From positions 100,380,001 through 100,444,000 of the forward strand of contig CM052817.1 of the NCBI GenBank assembly GCA_028534125.1: a DNA stretch of 64,000 nucleotides, written 5' to 3'. Numbering within the stretch: the stretch's first letter is position 1; every line of letters starts with the position of its first letter. The position numbers and the translations under genes were made by a program. The stretch is from Lama glama (lineage: Eukaryota). Shown here piece after piece: positions 48,736 through 61,860 of this stretch. Below the pieces are notes generated by a model. The model searched no databases and was not told the origin of the DNA. It was given only the letters and a program-made list of their open reading frames with translations.

Positions 48736-51700
48736 CTACCACGCAGATTCTTCACAGAGCAGACCAGAGGCCCGTGCCTCACAGCCCATCAGGATTCCTT
48801 CAGACCAAGCTGGAGCTCTTGTGAGGATATATTGCCCACCTCCAGCATCTCTACCTCAAGCATAACAAAGCAGCTGTTTGTGGAGGATTGTGGTTCTGTG
48901 CCTTCGCCTGTAGGGAAATTCAGGCTTTGACGCTGCTCACAGAGCCAGGAGGGAACTGGAACTCAGAAAGTGACAGACAAATTACCCAGGAGGAGGGGCA
49001 GGACGTTTCAGAAGAGTGTTTAAAAAAAATCAAACTGCCTCCACTGATATAATGCTGGGACATCCGTCACCAACTTCTCCAGGTCAGCTCTAAATTTGAT
49101 CTGTGTGTTTATTTACACACATCCACAACACATAGATTCAGCAGCCGAATCACTCCTCTTCAAGGTGTTTAACAAAAATGAATTAATGCTACACGCAACC
49201 TACCATACGTTCAGCGTAACACATAACAACCCCCCAGGATGTGATGCAAACTTTAAAACCAAGTGAGGTTCTGATGCTAATACCTTTTGTTTGATAGGAT
49301 CCCTGGAGGACAAGCTCGATGGTCAACGACTGGATGGAGACTGGAATATCTAGTTAAGAGAAGGGCTTAACAGTATCCAACTCATTGTCTGTGCATCTGA
49401 GCTTTTATCTGTAATAGAAATTGTCATCTTGATTTTTTTTCCCATTTTTCCACAGCATTGCAGTATTGCATAAAGAAAGCCAAACTTCCTGCCATATTGA
49501 GCAAAATAAAAAAATCATAAAAGTAAGTTTGAAGCAAAACATTTCTATGATAGTGTAGAATTACAAAATGCTTTTATAGCTGAATTTTTCACTGGGTGCC
49601 TGGCACACTTTTCAAGGTCAGGTTATGACTTTGATTTTACGGAGAAGGAAACGAAGCATCAGAAAGGTTAAGCGACCCTCCAAAACTTTCACAGATAGTT
49701 CAATAAGGAGCCAAGCCAACATTTAAAGTTGGGGCCCTGACCCATCCCTCACACGTGTCCAAATGCCCTGCGCCTTCCACCATGACACAACGCAAAGTAT
49801 AGCTGACCCGTCACAGAGGGTGTTAAAGTGGTTCTGCTCCATGAAGCTGCTCCTCGCCCGTTGGTGCTGTTGATGGTGGTGCTTCTCCTGTCGGAGAAAA
49901 TGGCTACAAAGACAGACAGGTGGTCCCGGGGGCATCCTGGGTGAGACCCAAGGCAGCTCTGCGGAGGCCAGAGCCTGCCCCCAGGGAATCGGTCCTCTCA
50001 GTTGCTCCCACCGCATCCCACCGCCTTTCTCCTTATGAATGAGGTGGGACTAGGAATCCAGAGTAGGGAGTGGGCTTCCAGAATCCAGAGGTAGGGACAA
50101 AGAGGCCAAGGTGAGAAAAGCTGGGATGAACTTCCTCCCTCTGTGTCCCCTGCCATCTTGGCCACCTGCCTCTCCCATCTGGAGTTAGCAATTACATGTC
50201 TCTCACAGTGCTCACCCACCCTGCACTGGGGAAAATCACAGAGGTATGTATTCTGGAGCTGGGTCTGTGATCTGGTAAGGGTCTACCGTGCTCTCAGCCC
50301 CCTTCTGAAGAACGCTTTTCTGAAGCACAGCATTCTTGTGTCTCCAGCTTTGTGCATTAACTTAGCGGACCAGTTATGCTACCTGGGCCAAGACTGATGA
50401 TACCTGGGTTGGTGCCCCAACCAATGCAGACTGGTCATGAGGAGGCCTGACACAGTCTTAGCCTAATCTGGGTGCTCTGTGACAGGCAGAACCCATCAGA
50501 CGTCTCTCTTGGAGAATCTGAATGATGGGTGTGGGCTAAACCTACACCCCAAATAACTCAGGTTCTTTTCTCTCTAGTCCTGACTGAGCTGAGACCCTGA
50601 ACAACTGTGGCTAATGAGGAAAAGGTGTCCTACCCTCTTCCTTTTCCTTGTGTCCTGGAAGTCAGCCCCCATCACCCAAGGAGGTCCGGGCTAGTCTCTT
50701 CTTGGCAATGTTCAATAACCCACCTGATGGAGAATGGCTCTCAGAAGTAAGTCTCAGGGACCCACATAGAAATGTGAAACACAGAAGTAACATCATCCGC
50801 TCACCAGAGGGACACTGGCCCAGGACACCGATGGTTACATTATTCTTTCCCACGTTTTTTTATTTTCTGCTTCCTGTATTATTAGACTAAGAGAAAAAAG
50901 TACTGAATATTCTCCCCAAAAGACTCCCGTGGAAAGTAGCTGAAAACTGTCAGAACAGACAAAGCAGAGATTTTTGCTTTCTTTAAGGTCTGTTGCCTAA
51001 TTTCCCTTAGGGCCCCTGCTGTGGCCAGTGGGGAGCTGCCTGGAAGCCAGGCATGGGTTAATTTGCATGATTGTGTTAACTAACCATCAGCCGCTCCGTC
51101 CCAGCCCCAGTATAACCTAAATTAATTCAACAGGAGCAGGTGGTTTAATTTGTACATTGTTCATATTTGCTAATAAACAAGCAATTTGGGTTTTAGCTGG
51201 AATTTTCTCTGGGGGACAGAGCCAAATATCTGCTGAGGGCTGGGCCTGGGGAAATGCATACTGTGTGTTCCTCTCATCCCAGATACCACCTCTGACCTAC
51301 ACTTCAAGCTCTTCACACTGAGAAAATCTGATCAGAACTTACCTCCAGCAGCCTCACAGCCCTCTTCCTCAGGCTCAGGCCTGACTGCAAGGTCAACAGC
51401 CCTGTCTAACCTTTGTTACAGCTCAAGGTCACCTTTACTAGCAGGGGGCCCTGGCTGCCCCGGCCCTGTAAGACAGGGCTTCCATGTGCTGAGATCAGAG
51501 CGCTGGAGCCCCAGTTCTCAGATGGAGTTTCTACCTGTGTCTAATTCTTGGATTCTTTCTGGCTACCTGCCTGGTTGGTCACTTTTCTTCCCCAAACACC
51601 GCCTGTCCACTCTAGTCCTGCTAGCCCCTCCTTCTGACGCTGACATCTCATAGGGAACTTAGTCCAGGACTGGTCGTCCCTAAAGGGACCCCGACAAGGG

Positions 51701-51752
51701 GATCCTTAGAGTCCGCACAACTGCATTTCGCCCACCTATCGAGTGTGACAGC

Positions 51753-51958
51753 AATAACAATACTACGACTACTAGCAGTCAGTATTCATCGCGCTAGTTC
51801 TATGTGTCAGGAATTTTGCAGAAGTTAACGTTGAAATAATTGGGGAGTTGAGGAAACAGGCTCAGAAAAGTTAAGTGTCTTGCCCCAAGTCACACAGCAA
51901 GTAGCGAAGAGCTGGAATTGAGTCTCATCTGTCTAGATCCAGGGCCCGCATTCCTGTT
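51753..51958 (-). mobile_element. MIR SINE
   Basis: 'tgaggaaacaggctcagaaaagttaagtgtcttgccccaagtcacacagcaagtag'. Confidence 0.85.
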
Positions 51959-52780
51959 ACTCTGCCTCCCATTTCTGTTTGATGGATGTCCGGTGCCCCC
52001 TCCTGACCTCATTTCAGGCCAGGAAGAACTGGCCGGGTTGGCTGGGTTAGTCTGGGGATCAGGGACCAGGTTTGGGCAGCAGGAGATTCCCGGATGTAAC
52101 TGCCACCTGTGCGGAAGCCCAGAATGAGTACTAAACCCAGAGAGAGGCCTGTGCGCCAAAGCCAGAGAAGCATGCCGAACGGCCAAAATAGTTGAGAGAC
52201 ATTCCACACCCGTAGGTGAAAAGAGAATAACAGTCCAGTGAGGGCTGCAGCTATCCTCTTAGAGATGCAGCCAGGGCGTGTCCCCTAAGTGGCCCACAAA
52301 GGCCATCGAGTTGGAGGATCTGCTTGTCTGGTGCCAACTAGCAAGACAGTAGCGTTCGGCTTCCAGACTGTTGTCACATCACTTCAGATGAACTATCATC
52401 AAAGGTAATGATTGAAGTACTTAAGGGGATAATTTCTGGGGTATCATTTAGCTTTCAGAAAAGCTTGTATGATCTGTTTTACATCAACTGCTAATAAATG
52501 TAGAGAGCTCATGTGATGTCATGAAACTCACACCCCCCCGCAAACCATTTGTTTCTTCCAAAAGGAATCCAAGAGTTGTGCCCGACCAGGTTGGTTTGGG
52601 TCACTTCCCAGTGCATCTCCTTTGCAGCATCTGAGGTTGGTCCCTGAGTTATAACGTCTTTACTGGGACATATTCGTAAGAGAAAAGAGACCAGCTCCAT
52701 CCGTGCAGCTCCATGAGCTGCCATTCTTCCCCAATATCTCTTCTCTAAAAGGACATGGAGTTTCCATGGAGGAAAGGAGC

Positions 52781-53153
52781 TGTTAAGGACTGAATGTCTG
52801 CATCCTCTGAAAATTCATATGTTGAAACCCTAACCCACAAGGTAATGATAATTGGAGATGGGGCTGTGGGAGATAATTAGATCATGAGGGTGGGGCCCTG
52901 GTCTGATGGGAGTAGTGCCCTTCTAAGAAGAGCCACAGAGAGCTCTCTCTTCCTCTCTCTGTCTTTGCCGTGTCAGGACACAGAGAGAGGTGGCTGTCTG
53001 CAAGATAGGAAGAGAGTCCTCACTAAAAACCAAATTGGCCAACACCTTGATCTCGGACTTCCCAGCATTCAGAACCATGGGAAGATAAATTTCCATTGTT
53101 TTAGGTCCCCTTGTATATGTTATTTTGTTGTGGCAGCCCAGGCAGACAGAGAC
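52781..53153 (+). mobile_element. MaLR solo LTR (MLT1A-like), complete
   Basis: 'tgttaaggactgaatgtc...aaattcatatgttgaaaccctaaccc...catgagggtggggccc...caccttgatctcggacttcccagc...attttgttgtggcagccc'. Confidence 0.92.
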
Positions 53154-54289
53154 CTGCAGACAGAAACCATAGAAGGAGAGAAAACCCCGTAGCACATTAG
53201 TCAAAGTGTCTACCTATTCATGCAAAGGCAAAGCTCTGTTGGTCTGCCCTTTTCCCGGCAGACTTCTTTAGGCAACTCCTGCCATATTTACGGAGAGAAG
53301 CAGCAGCTGCCTTCACTGGGTGACGTGAAGGACTCTGAGAGTTCCACCTGCCATGGATGTCTCTGGGCCACAGTGCTGGGACCACCTGCCCCTCACCCGG
53401 CTGGGACATCTCCCCACTACATGTGCTAATAGGCTTGGAGAAAAGAAGCCCCTGGGGTGCTAACTTCTCAGCTGTTACAGGGATCCTCACCATGCTTCTC
53501 TCTGTGCCTACAAGGACTTCTCTTTGGAGACACTCAAGCGAGGTAGGAGCTCATTGGTTGACACCTTCAAGATCACCACGGTCTTCAGATCTGTGGTTCA
53601 GGAGCTCAATTTTGTGAGTTCTTTGAAGTTCTGGATGATTGGTTCAAGCTAATCAAACTCGTGAGACTGGCTGACAGCTGCTGAGTACATTTTTTTTTCC
53701 CTAAATCAGAAAGTACTTTTGAAAAACAAAATGACTAACTCGAGGCAAGGTCACAGAGCAGGGCCTGGGAAGATGTTTAACGGTTGATTTCATCCAGCCC
53801 TAATGAGCCTCTGCCCTAATAAGTGGCACCCCACAGTGGGCCAGAAGACCCCTGCGCCAATCAAGGTACCTACCCCTCTGGCCAGGGCGAGAGACAACCA
53901 GTAACTCTTCAACTCATTCTTTATTTTTATTTTTTTTAAATTCCCAAGCAGACTACTCATTTCTATCCGTAATGTGGTACTATTTCCATGATTAATATTT
54001 ATTTCAGATCAGTGGCATTCAGTGTATCTTCATGGTGCATCCAGGGTGGCCCTCTAAGCTAATTTGCAGCATGCCTCAAGTCATCGCTCCAGCAGATGAC
54101 ACATCACATCCACGGGACGGTAGGTCCTTGGGGCTTCAATTTCAGGTGGTGGCATTTCCTGACCCTGTCCGCATTTCATCCACTTTGGGTCACAGTATGG
54201 AAACAATGCAAAGTTTAAAGAATACTAGATTGACGGGAAGGAAAACAACACTTGGAGAGATTCTGGTTGGGCTTGAGGTAGGTCAACCT

Positions 54290-54700
54290 GACTTCCTCTT
54301 GTCCCAGTTTGGAACTGGGCACCAGGGTCTCTCATCGGTCAGGGCTGGGTCTTATATTCGATGGGTCCTTCAAAGGTACAGTTGGGGTGGCTCTTTCCTC
54401 ACCTGGCAGAGAGAACAGAATGAAGCAGATACACAGAGATGAAGAAGCAACAAACTCTGCACATTTCTTGCAGACAGACAACCACCCCCACTGGCATAAT
54501 GGCACAGACAGCCCCCGGTTGGTGGCACAAGACAGTGACTCTCTTGCAGATGATCCTATTCTGGCTCCAGGGCCATGTGAGGCCCGGCTGAGCTGCCTGC
54601 TCTGGGGGACTATGAAATTACCCATCTCCCTCCACTCCACGTCCCTCTTTTCTCCAACTAGTTTTGGTGGCTTTACTTTTCCTGCAATCAAAGTGCTCCA
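54290..54700 (+). mobile_element. Degenerate old MaLR LTR (MLT1K/L-like)
   Basis: 'gagaacagaatgaagcagatacacagaga' and the 3' end 'ttttcctgcaatcaaag'. Confidence 0.4.
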
Positions 54701-55929
54701 TGAGGACACTGTGCACCTCTCCTGTGACCAGGTAAAGAAAACATCAAATTGGTGAGTGACACATTAAATAAGCATAAAAATCCAGGTAGGGTGACTTACA
54801 AGAATGTAAAATTATCCAAGGACTAGATAGGACTCGGGAGCCCATGAGAATAGACCGGCAGTGAGGGAGTCCCTGGGGATTGTCTGTGTGAGTTTCACAA
54901 ACAGCACTCAGGTTCAACTTCATGTACCTTGTAACACGCCTGGATACCAGTCAGGTCTCCAGGAAAGGACTGTCATTAAGAAGACAGAAAGCACCGACTA
55001 TTTTACCCTCAAAGATTGGCAATTCCAGAAAAGGTAGACATTTTGGAGCCTGAATCATCTAGACTGGTCCTCAGTGCATCACTGTACCTGGGCAGATTGC
55101 TTAAAGAGATGCTCTAACTTCCCTCCTTCTACCCCTCCCATATTGAATGAGAGCCAAACCGATTTCTTTCTCACTCCAGTCATACCTTCCTGTAAATGCT
55201 TGTCTATTCTCTGAAAGTGTAAGTGGATTGAAGGATTTTTTTTTTCCCCACCGTAGCTCTGAGAAAAGCTCAATATTTGTTATTCTCAGTCTTCCTGCTT
55301 GCTCATGGTGATGTTAATGCTGCATTTTAAAACTGCCATGGTATTTTAATAATACAACATTCTTTCTGGTATTGTTGAAACATTACATTATTCAATGTAT
55401 CCAATTGCAATATATTTTTCTCTGCCCTTGTGGTGCATTATTACTGTGTACTCTTCACAGAAGTGTAATTTGGGGAGCAATTTTCTGGCAAACCATTGAA
55501 GGTGTTGCATTACAAATGTGAGGCGATATGCATTTGGCTCATGGGACCACATTACAAGGCGGAGAGGGAGTCTTTTTTCAGGGTAAACACTGTTTTAGAG
55601 CAGTGACCCCAGCGGGACCCTGCCTCCCACTTTGTCACCTCAGTCATCCCTGCCCCCCTTCAGTAGTCTGTCTTAAACAAATTCAGCTTCTGCTGCCCAA
55701 AATGCCCGGCCACATCCAGGACTCCGACTGACTGATGCAATCACTTACTTCCTGAAGCTATTTTGTCTCTAGAGTTGGATTTCTCCTTGGCAAGGTCAAA
55801 TTTGTCATTTCCTGTAACTGGAAATCCAACTGGCTTTCTCAAATACAGAATTCACACCCTAGATCAACAGATCGCCCTGACCCACAGCTGTGGGTTTCAA
55901 TATATATACATTTTTTTTTAATAATTGAA

Positions 55930-56162
55930 ATCTCAAAACCATTTATAAATGGTTGTCCAAATTTAAAACTCAGGAGTTTTCACATGAAAATCCGGACTTC
56001 TAGATTATTTTACTGATCACTGTGGCAACACGTCAAGGTTTTCTCAGGAAGTCATAGACCCTAGTTCACCATAGGCCCCACTAGTTCCCACTGCAAATTC
56101 CTGGAGTTTCACAGGTTATCATGCCTGACTACCTTTGTGTATGTTTGAGAATGCAACCCCAG
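55930..56162. mobile_element. MER102-like hAT-Charlie fossil
   Basis: 'atttaaaactcaggagttttcacatgaaaatccggactt...gtggcaacac...tttgagaatgcaaccccag'. Confidence 0.6.
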
Positions 56163-56172
56163 CTTTCAGAGC

Positions 56173-56808
56173 TGTGATAGGCAGAATTCTAAGACCCACA
56201 TCAAATTCCTGCTACCTGGTGTATACACCCCTCCCCTCGTGTAGTCCTCTCCTCCTGGGTGTTGACAGGACCTGTGAATACAGTGGCATATCCCTCTCTG
56301 GTTGGTGGCAAAGGGATTTTGCAGATGTAATTAAGGTTCCTAATCAGTGGACTTTGAGGTAACTAAAAGGGAGTTACTCTGGGTGAGCCTATCATAATCA
56401 GGTGAGCCCTTGAAAGAGACGAGAAGCATCAGAAGATGTTCTCCTGCTGGCCTTGAAGAAGTAACCTTCTGTGCTGTGGAAGGGCCACATGGCTTGTACC
56501 TGAGGTCAGCCTTTAAGGGAGTCACCCCCAGCTGAGAGCCAGCAAGAAACTGGGACTACAGTCCTACAACCACAAAGGACTAAATACTGACAACAGCCTG
56601 AATGAGTTTCAAAGAGGACCCTGAACCTCAGATGAGATGACAGCCCCAGCTGACACCTTGACTTTAGCTGTTGAGATCACTGGCAGAGGAGCCATCTGAA
56701 CTGTCCTAGATTCTCAGCCCACAAAAACTGCCAGATTTGTGTAATTTGAGTGGCTATAAATCACGAACTTTGTGGTGATTGGTTATGCAGCAGTGAAAAA
56801 CTAATACA
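56173..56808 (+). mobile_element. MaLR solo LTR (MLT1E-like), complete
   Basis: 'tgtgataggcagaattctaag...ggcaaagggattttgcagatgtaattaaggt...gccagcaagaaactgggactacagtcctacaacc...ttatgcagcagtgaaaaactaataca'. Confidence 0.9.
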
Positions 56809-57002
56809 GTATCTTATCTGTTAGTTCATTTGCTTTAATACCCATGATCATATCCCTAACCAAACCAAGATTACGTGAATTGCTTTCACCAAAGACTGGT
56901 AAACACATTATAGAGACTGCTCTGTTACCTCCAAAGGAAAGTGGAGGAGTGGCAAACTCAGATGTCTGAGAAAATGCCTAGAGGACAAGCACAATCTAAG
57001 AG

Positions 57003-57130
57003 AGAATCATGGAATTTGAATGCTGTGAAATGTTCTCAGCTATCAGCTGATCTAGTTTCCACACCCATTTTCAGATGAGGAAACTGAGGCTCAGAGAAGT
57101 CAAAAGATGTATCCAAGTTCCCACACCTTG
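57003..57130 (-). mobile_element. MIR/MIR3 fragment
   Basis: 'cccattttcagatgaggaaactgaggctcagagaagt'. Confidence 0.85.
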
Positions 57131-58622
57131 ATAAATCACACTCACATTTCCTATAGTTGGCATAAGCCTTATGAATTCCTGACTAATCAGAAAGACACCT
57201 GCATCTGATGGGGGGTACATGCAGGGAGGTTTGAGTTGGTTGGTTTAAAGGTCACCCTTTACTGGAGGAATATGTATGCAAATGCTTGACACTGCATTAA
57301 ATTGAAATGGTTATTAGTTTAACAAATATCTATTTCCCAAGCATCTTCGGGAGCAGCTGAGAAAGCAACAAAGTAGGATATGCAGTCAGTGCCTTTCAGG
57401 CCTTTCTAATCTCCATGAGAAAGCTGACTGCTCTCCGTTTATACAACAGCAATGTGGTACAAGCAACACACACGTGACGTATATTGTCTTCTGATCATTT
57501 TGCTAAAGCCCAGGACCCCTCAGTTATTCCCCATTCCTGAACTCCCCCAGCCCACTGCAGTGCCTAACAATCAAACACATGTTCTTGATTTGTCCTGCTG
57601 TCACTGTATTTTAAAAAGCAGCATACAGCCCAGTAATGGTCACAAAATGGGTTGTGCCAGGGGTTTAAGAAGCATGGATTCAGGAAAGGGCAGGATGTGG
57701 GTTGTGCTGAAGAGGAGGTGGCGATAAGCCCGTGGTGGACACTCTGCAGATTTCCAATGGTCAGTGGAGAAAGCTGAGGTGCAGGCATCGTGCTGGGCGC
57801 TCTGATGGTGACAGAGATTTCAACCATGCTCAGCCACCAGCTCCTGCTCTGTTTTACCTTCAAAATACTCAACCTTCTGTGTCAGGAAAAACTATTGCGT
57901 TTAGCTCCCTGGTTTCAGGCAGAGCCGCGCCCTAGACAACAGTGACAGCTGCCTCCTCTATTATTAAACATCTCTAAGGATAGAGACGCTAAGTATCCCT
58001 TGGCCATCTCTTCTGTCCGCCCCACCCCAGCACACCAGCTGTCCTCCTGGTTTCCCCATTTCCATCACGGCTCCACTGTTTCCTGATCCACCATCTCCAA
58101 CCAACTGTAACCAATAACCAATTGTAATTCTCCTTAGCTCTGTCCCTGCATCCAAACAGGGAAACAATTGGGTCGGTTCTGTCCCTGAATGACTCCAGTG
58201 ACCTCCTGTGTCAAGGTTGGCATGGATCGTGGGTTACCATGACCACTCTTGGGGGGTAGATCTCCCAGGTCTTTCCAGCATCATTCTCCCATTTCTCCTG
58301 TCTGCATTGAGATAGACCCCCTCATCCTCTGGAATTTCAGCTGGTCAATGGCTTTTCAGCTCAGGTCTATATTTCTCGATCTTTTATGTCATCTTGTGAT
58401 CCACTCTAGGCACATGGCATATGAGTAGAAGCAATGCGTCCAAATCCAAGTTAACCTCCACTTGAAGACAAGCCAATTTCCTTGTATTTCCTTCACCATC
58501 GTCCCCTTTCCTAGGCAGCAGAGATGGAGTTACAGGTTCAGGATAGTGGAGCCAACTGGCCACAAAACAGAACTGCAACTGAATTGCCCACCTTTGGACT
58601 ACTAGGTGAGAGAGAAATGAAT

Positions 58623-59150
58623 GTTTATTTGTTTATTTGTTTGTTTTGTTTTGTTTTATTATTTATTTATTGAAGTATAGTCAGTTACAATGTGTCAATT
58701 TCTGGTGTACAGCATATTTCAGTCATACAATACATACATGTAGTTGTTTTCATATTCTTTTTCATTATAGGTTACTGCAAGATACTGAGTATAGTTCCCT
58801 GTGCTATACAGAATGGTCAGAAACCTTGTTTATCTAATTTATATATAGTAGTTAGTATTTGTACATCTTGAACTCCCAATTTATCCCTTCCCATTTCCTT
58901 TCCACCTGGAATTGTAAGTCTACTATGTCTGTGAGTTTGTTTCTGTTTTGTAGATAAGTTCATTACTGTTTTTTTTTCCTGTTTTTTTTTTAAGAGTCCA
59001 CATATGAGTGATATCATATGGTATTTTTCTTTCTCTTTCTGGCTTACTTCACTTAGAATGGCATTTTCCAGGTCCATCCGTATTGCTGAAAATGGCATTA
59101 TTTCACCCTTTTATGGCTGAGTAGTATTCCATTGTATAAATATACCACAG
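58623..59150 (-). mobile_element. Young 5'-truncated L1 3' end, inside an MLT1 LTR 3' end (MLT resumes ~59240-59303)
   Basis: (tttg/ttta)n tail, then 'ttattgaagtatagtcagttacaatgtg'; ORF 58817-59098 (MPFSAIRMDLENAILSEVSQKEKEKYHMISLICG) is L1-derived. Confidence 0.93.
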
Positions 59151-60629
59151 TGAAGGGATCTGTTCACTGAGTTTTGACAGTGTACACCCCCATGTAACCA
59201 TCACATCAAACAAGATTTGGAATATGACATCAGTGTCATTTATTAAGTCACTGTCTTTGGGGGTTTCTCTGTTACAACAGCTAACCTGTAGCCTATCTAA
59301 TACACCTCATAAATGGTCTCTCTGCCTCCAGTCATCTGATATTTCTTCAAGTAGATCTTTCTTAACAACCAAGTTAGGGATTTTGCATTTCTGCTCAAAA
59401 GCCCAGAGACTTCCTCATCGCCACCCTTACTAAAATCAACTCACCTGACCTTCAGTAGAATTGTCCCTCTTTGCTCTAAGCTGGAAACTTATTTTCTTAT
59501 GTAGGATGGGATGGTTTCCAACTTGATCCCATCTGCAGGCAGATTATGATAGAGTTCTGAGAGGTCTTTGGTCAGTTATTCAATGTGGTCCTGAAACTCC
59601 CTTGGGAAAGATACATTTTAATTCTCACTTGGGAAAAGATAGAAGATGATCAAAGTAACCCATTGAAACTTTTAACTACTATTCTAGAGTCACACCAAAA
59701 TGTGTATGCACTATCTCTGGGGACTAAATTATATTTTACTGCAATAAATGGTATGTATGATGCTTCCAAATTTGACGGGAGAAATCACAGTTGGAAAATT
59801 GCTTGCTGTTTAAAGTCATTACAAAAGAACAGGAAGTGACCTGCCTGGGAAACCCTTACTTGAAGTAATGGGTTGTGATCAAATACCACACCCACCAATT
59901 ATTTCTGCCCCAAAGATGATAAAAGGGGTCAGATACCTTGAAGCCAATGGCCCACTGTGATCGGAATGTGTATGTCCACCTCCCAAAAAGAAAAGAGAAG
60001 GGTTAAAACTTGCTGAGACTTATGAAAAAAAAATTAACTCAAAGTAGAGAGCTGAAACAAATAAGGTAATATCTAAATAATTTTATCATTTTGTTTTGCC
60101 TAGAGAATAAGGAGCAGAAGTTCTGTTTTATGGAAATCTCCTGGAGTCCTGAAACTTCTTAACAGTGCTTTATGACAAAAAGAACCAACATTTTGCCTGA
60201 TGCGGAGGAGGGCGTCACCTCTGATTTCAGCAAGAGCCTGATCCAGTCAGGCTAAGGCCACCCAGAGGGGTGACTGTGTTCCATCTCTCTGGTCCTGCTG
60301 GGCTGCTGGCTCTGGGCTTTATCCCACACTTGCCTCTATTGCCGTAACACAAACCCCCACATCCACTGTGACCAGAGTTGGTAACAGCTACATTGTCCTT
60401 GGATCCATCCCAGCCTTGCTTCTATGCCAGGCTGGCACTCAGAGGTGGGCAGAATGCTCACTCCTGGTTTGGAAGGAGGAAGGGAGCTACCGTCTGCCCA
60501 GATGTCAATAGGGCCAGTATGGGTTTTCTGTGGGCTACTCCCCGGGCAGAACAAGGATATCTGGATGGATGATCCCCAAAACATATTTCAGCTTGATATG
60601 GGAGAACTGCCTACCATTCTGAATGATGA

Positions 60630-60770
60630 GTGCGTGAATAAGTCCCTCGTCACCGGACATGTCCAAGGAGTTGCTTCGTGATCTTCTGCCGGGAGATTTA
60701 CAGAAGGGATCCTCACGTTGTGTGGGGAGATGGATGATAATCTCTAAAACCTCTTCTTGCTGGGAATGAC
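60630..60770 (+). mobile_element. L3/CR1 (MIR3-tail-like) 3' end fragment
   Basis: 'aagtccctcgtcaccggacatgtccaagg...agaagggatcctcacgttg...ggatgataatctctaaaacctcttc' resembles the L3/CR1 3' terminus. Confidence 0.55.
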
Positions 60771-61194
60771 CTGCCTCTCTGCTCCAGAACCCCTCCCCCT
60801 TCAGTCCTGCAGTCCCTTGATTCTCACCAAGGTGCCCACCCCAAACTCAGTCTTGGTGCAGGCTCGGGGCAAATTGTGACTTCAGCCCAGTGGGAATTCA
60901 GCAGCTGGAACCCACCACTCTGGGACTTGGAGTGAAGAAGCAGAGCCACTAAGCCAGGTGTGACATCACAGCTCCATTGTGACATCTGGTATGTCCCCTT
61001 GTTTCTGCAGTCAGTCCACACTTGTGAACTGTGGTCCTAGGCATAGAATTCTGGTCTCATTTCTATCTAATCTCTGGTGGGGCCAGGAGTAGAGCCTGTG
61101 CAGGGAAGTGGGTGGGGGCAGGTGCCTTCAACCTACCCCTCCACTACAGGCCAGGGACAGTCAAGCACTAACATTGGGTTCACATGCCCGCTTG

Positions 61195-61198
<4 letters not shown>

Positions 61199-61234
<36 letters not shown>
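61199..61234 (+). repeat. (CA)18 microsatellite
   Basis: Read directly. Confidence 0.98.
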
Positions 61235-61236
<2 letters not shown>

Positions 61237-61739
61237 GAGTCCATCCGCCAAGTCCAGGCCCTGGGTCATCACACTCTAGAGGAGGTTCCACGAAGCCACC
61301 AAGACCATCAAAGGTCCAATAGTTAAGCCCAGTGGCCAGAAGGCCAAAGCTGAGAGAGGGAGCCAAGGCAAGCTGCGGCCCAGCGGGCCCTGGCTGTCGA
61401 AGTGGTGTCATCTCAGGATACACGACCAGAAGCCGGCCAAGGGCTGCCTAGAAATAGTTCTGCATCTGACAGCGACCAGTGGCCTCTCCCAGCAAAGAGA
61501 TGCTTGTCCCCAGCCACTAAAGGCCCAGCAGGGAGCAGACTTTCCCCTAATGGCTCCAAGACCCCTGTTGTAATAACCTGCCTGCAATTCCAGGTGCCTA
61601 GGCAACAAAACTAAACACAGAATGACAGATTTGGACCAGGCTATTCCTGACAACAAAGGGATAAAGATGCAAAATTTTATATTCAAAGATGTACATGTGC
61701 ACAGGCCAAAAAAAAAACAAAACCAACTAGAGGCATAAC

Positions 61740-61860
61740 TACATCAATGTGGTTATTTTGGGGGTGGGATTATGGGTAATTTTTATTTTTTGTCTGCCTT
61801 TCTGCACATCTCAAATTCTCCACCATGAATATGTATTACTGTTAAAATCTGTAAAAGGTT
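61740..61860 (+). mobile_element. Old L1 (L1ME-like) 3' end fragment
   Basis: 'gtggttattttgggggtgggattatgggtaatttttatt...ccatgaatatgtattact'. Confidence 0.7.
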
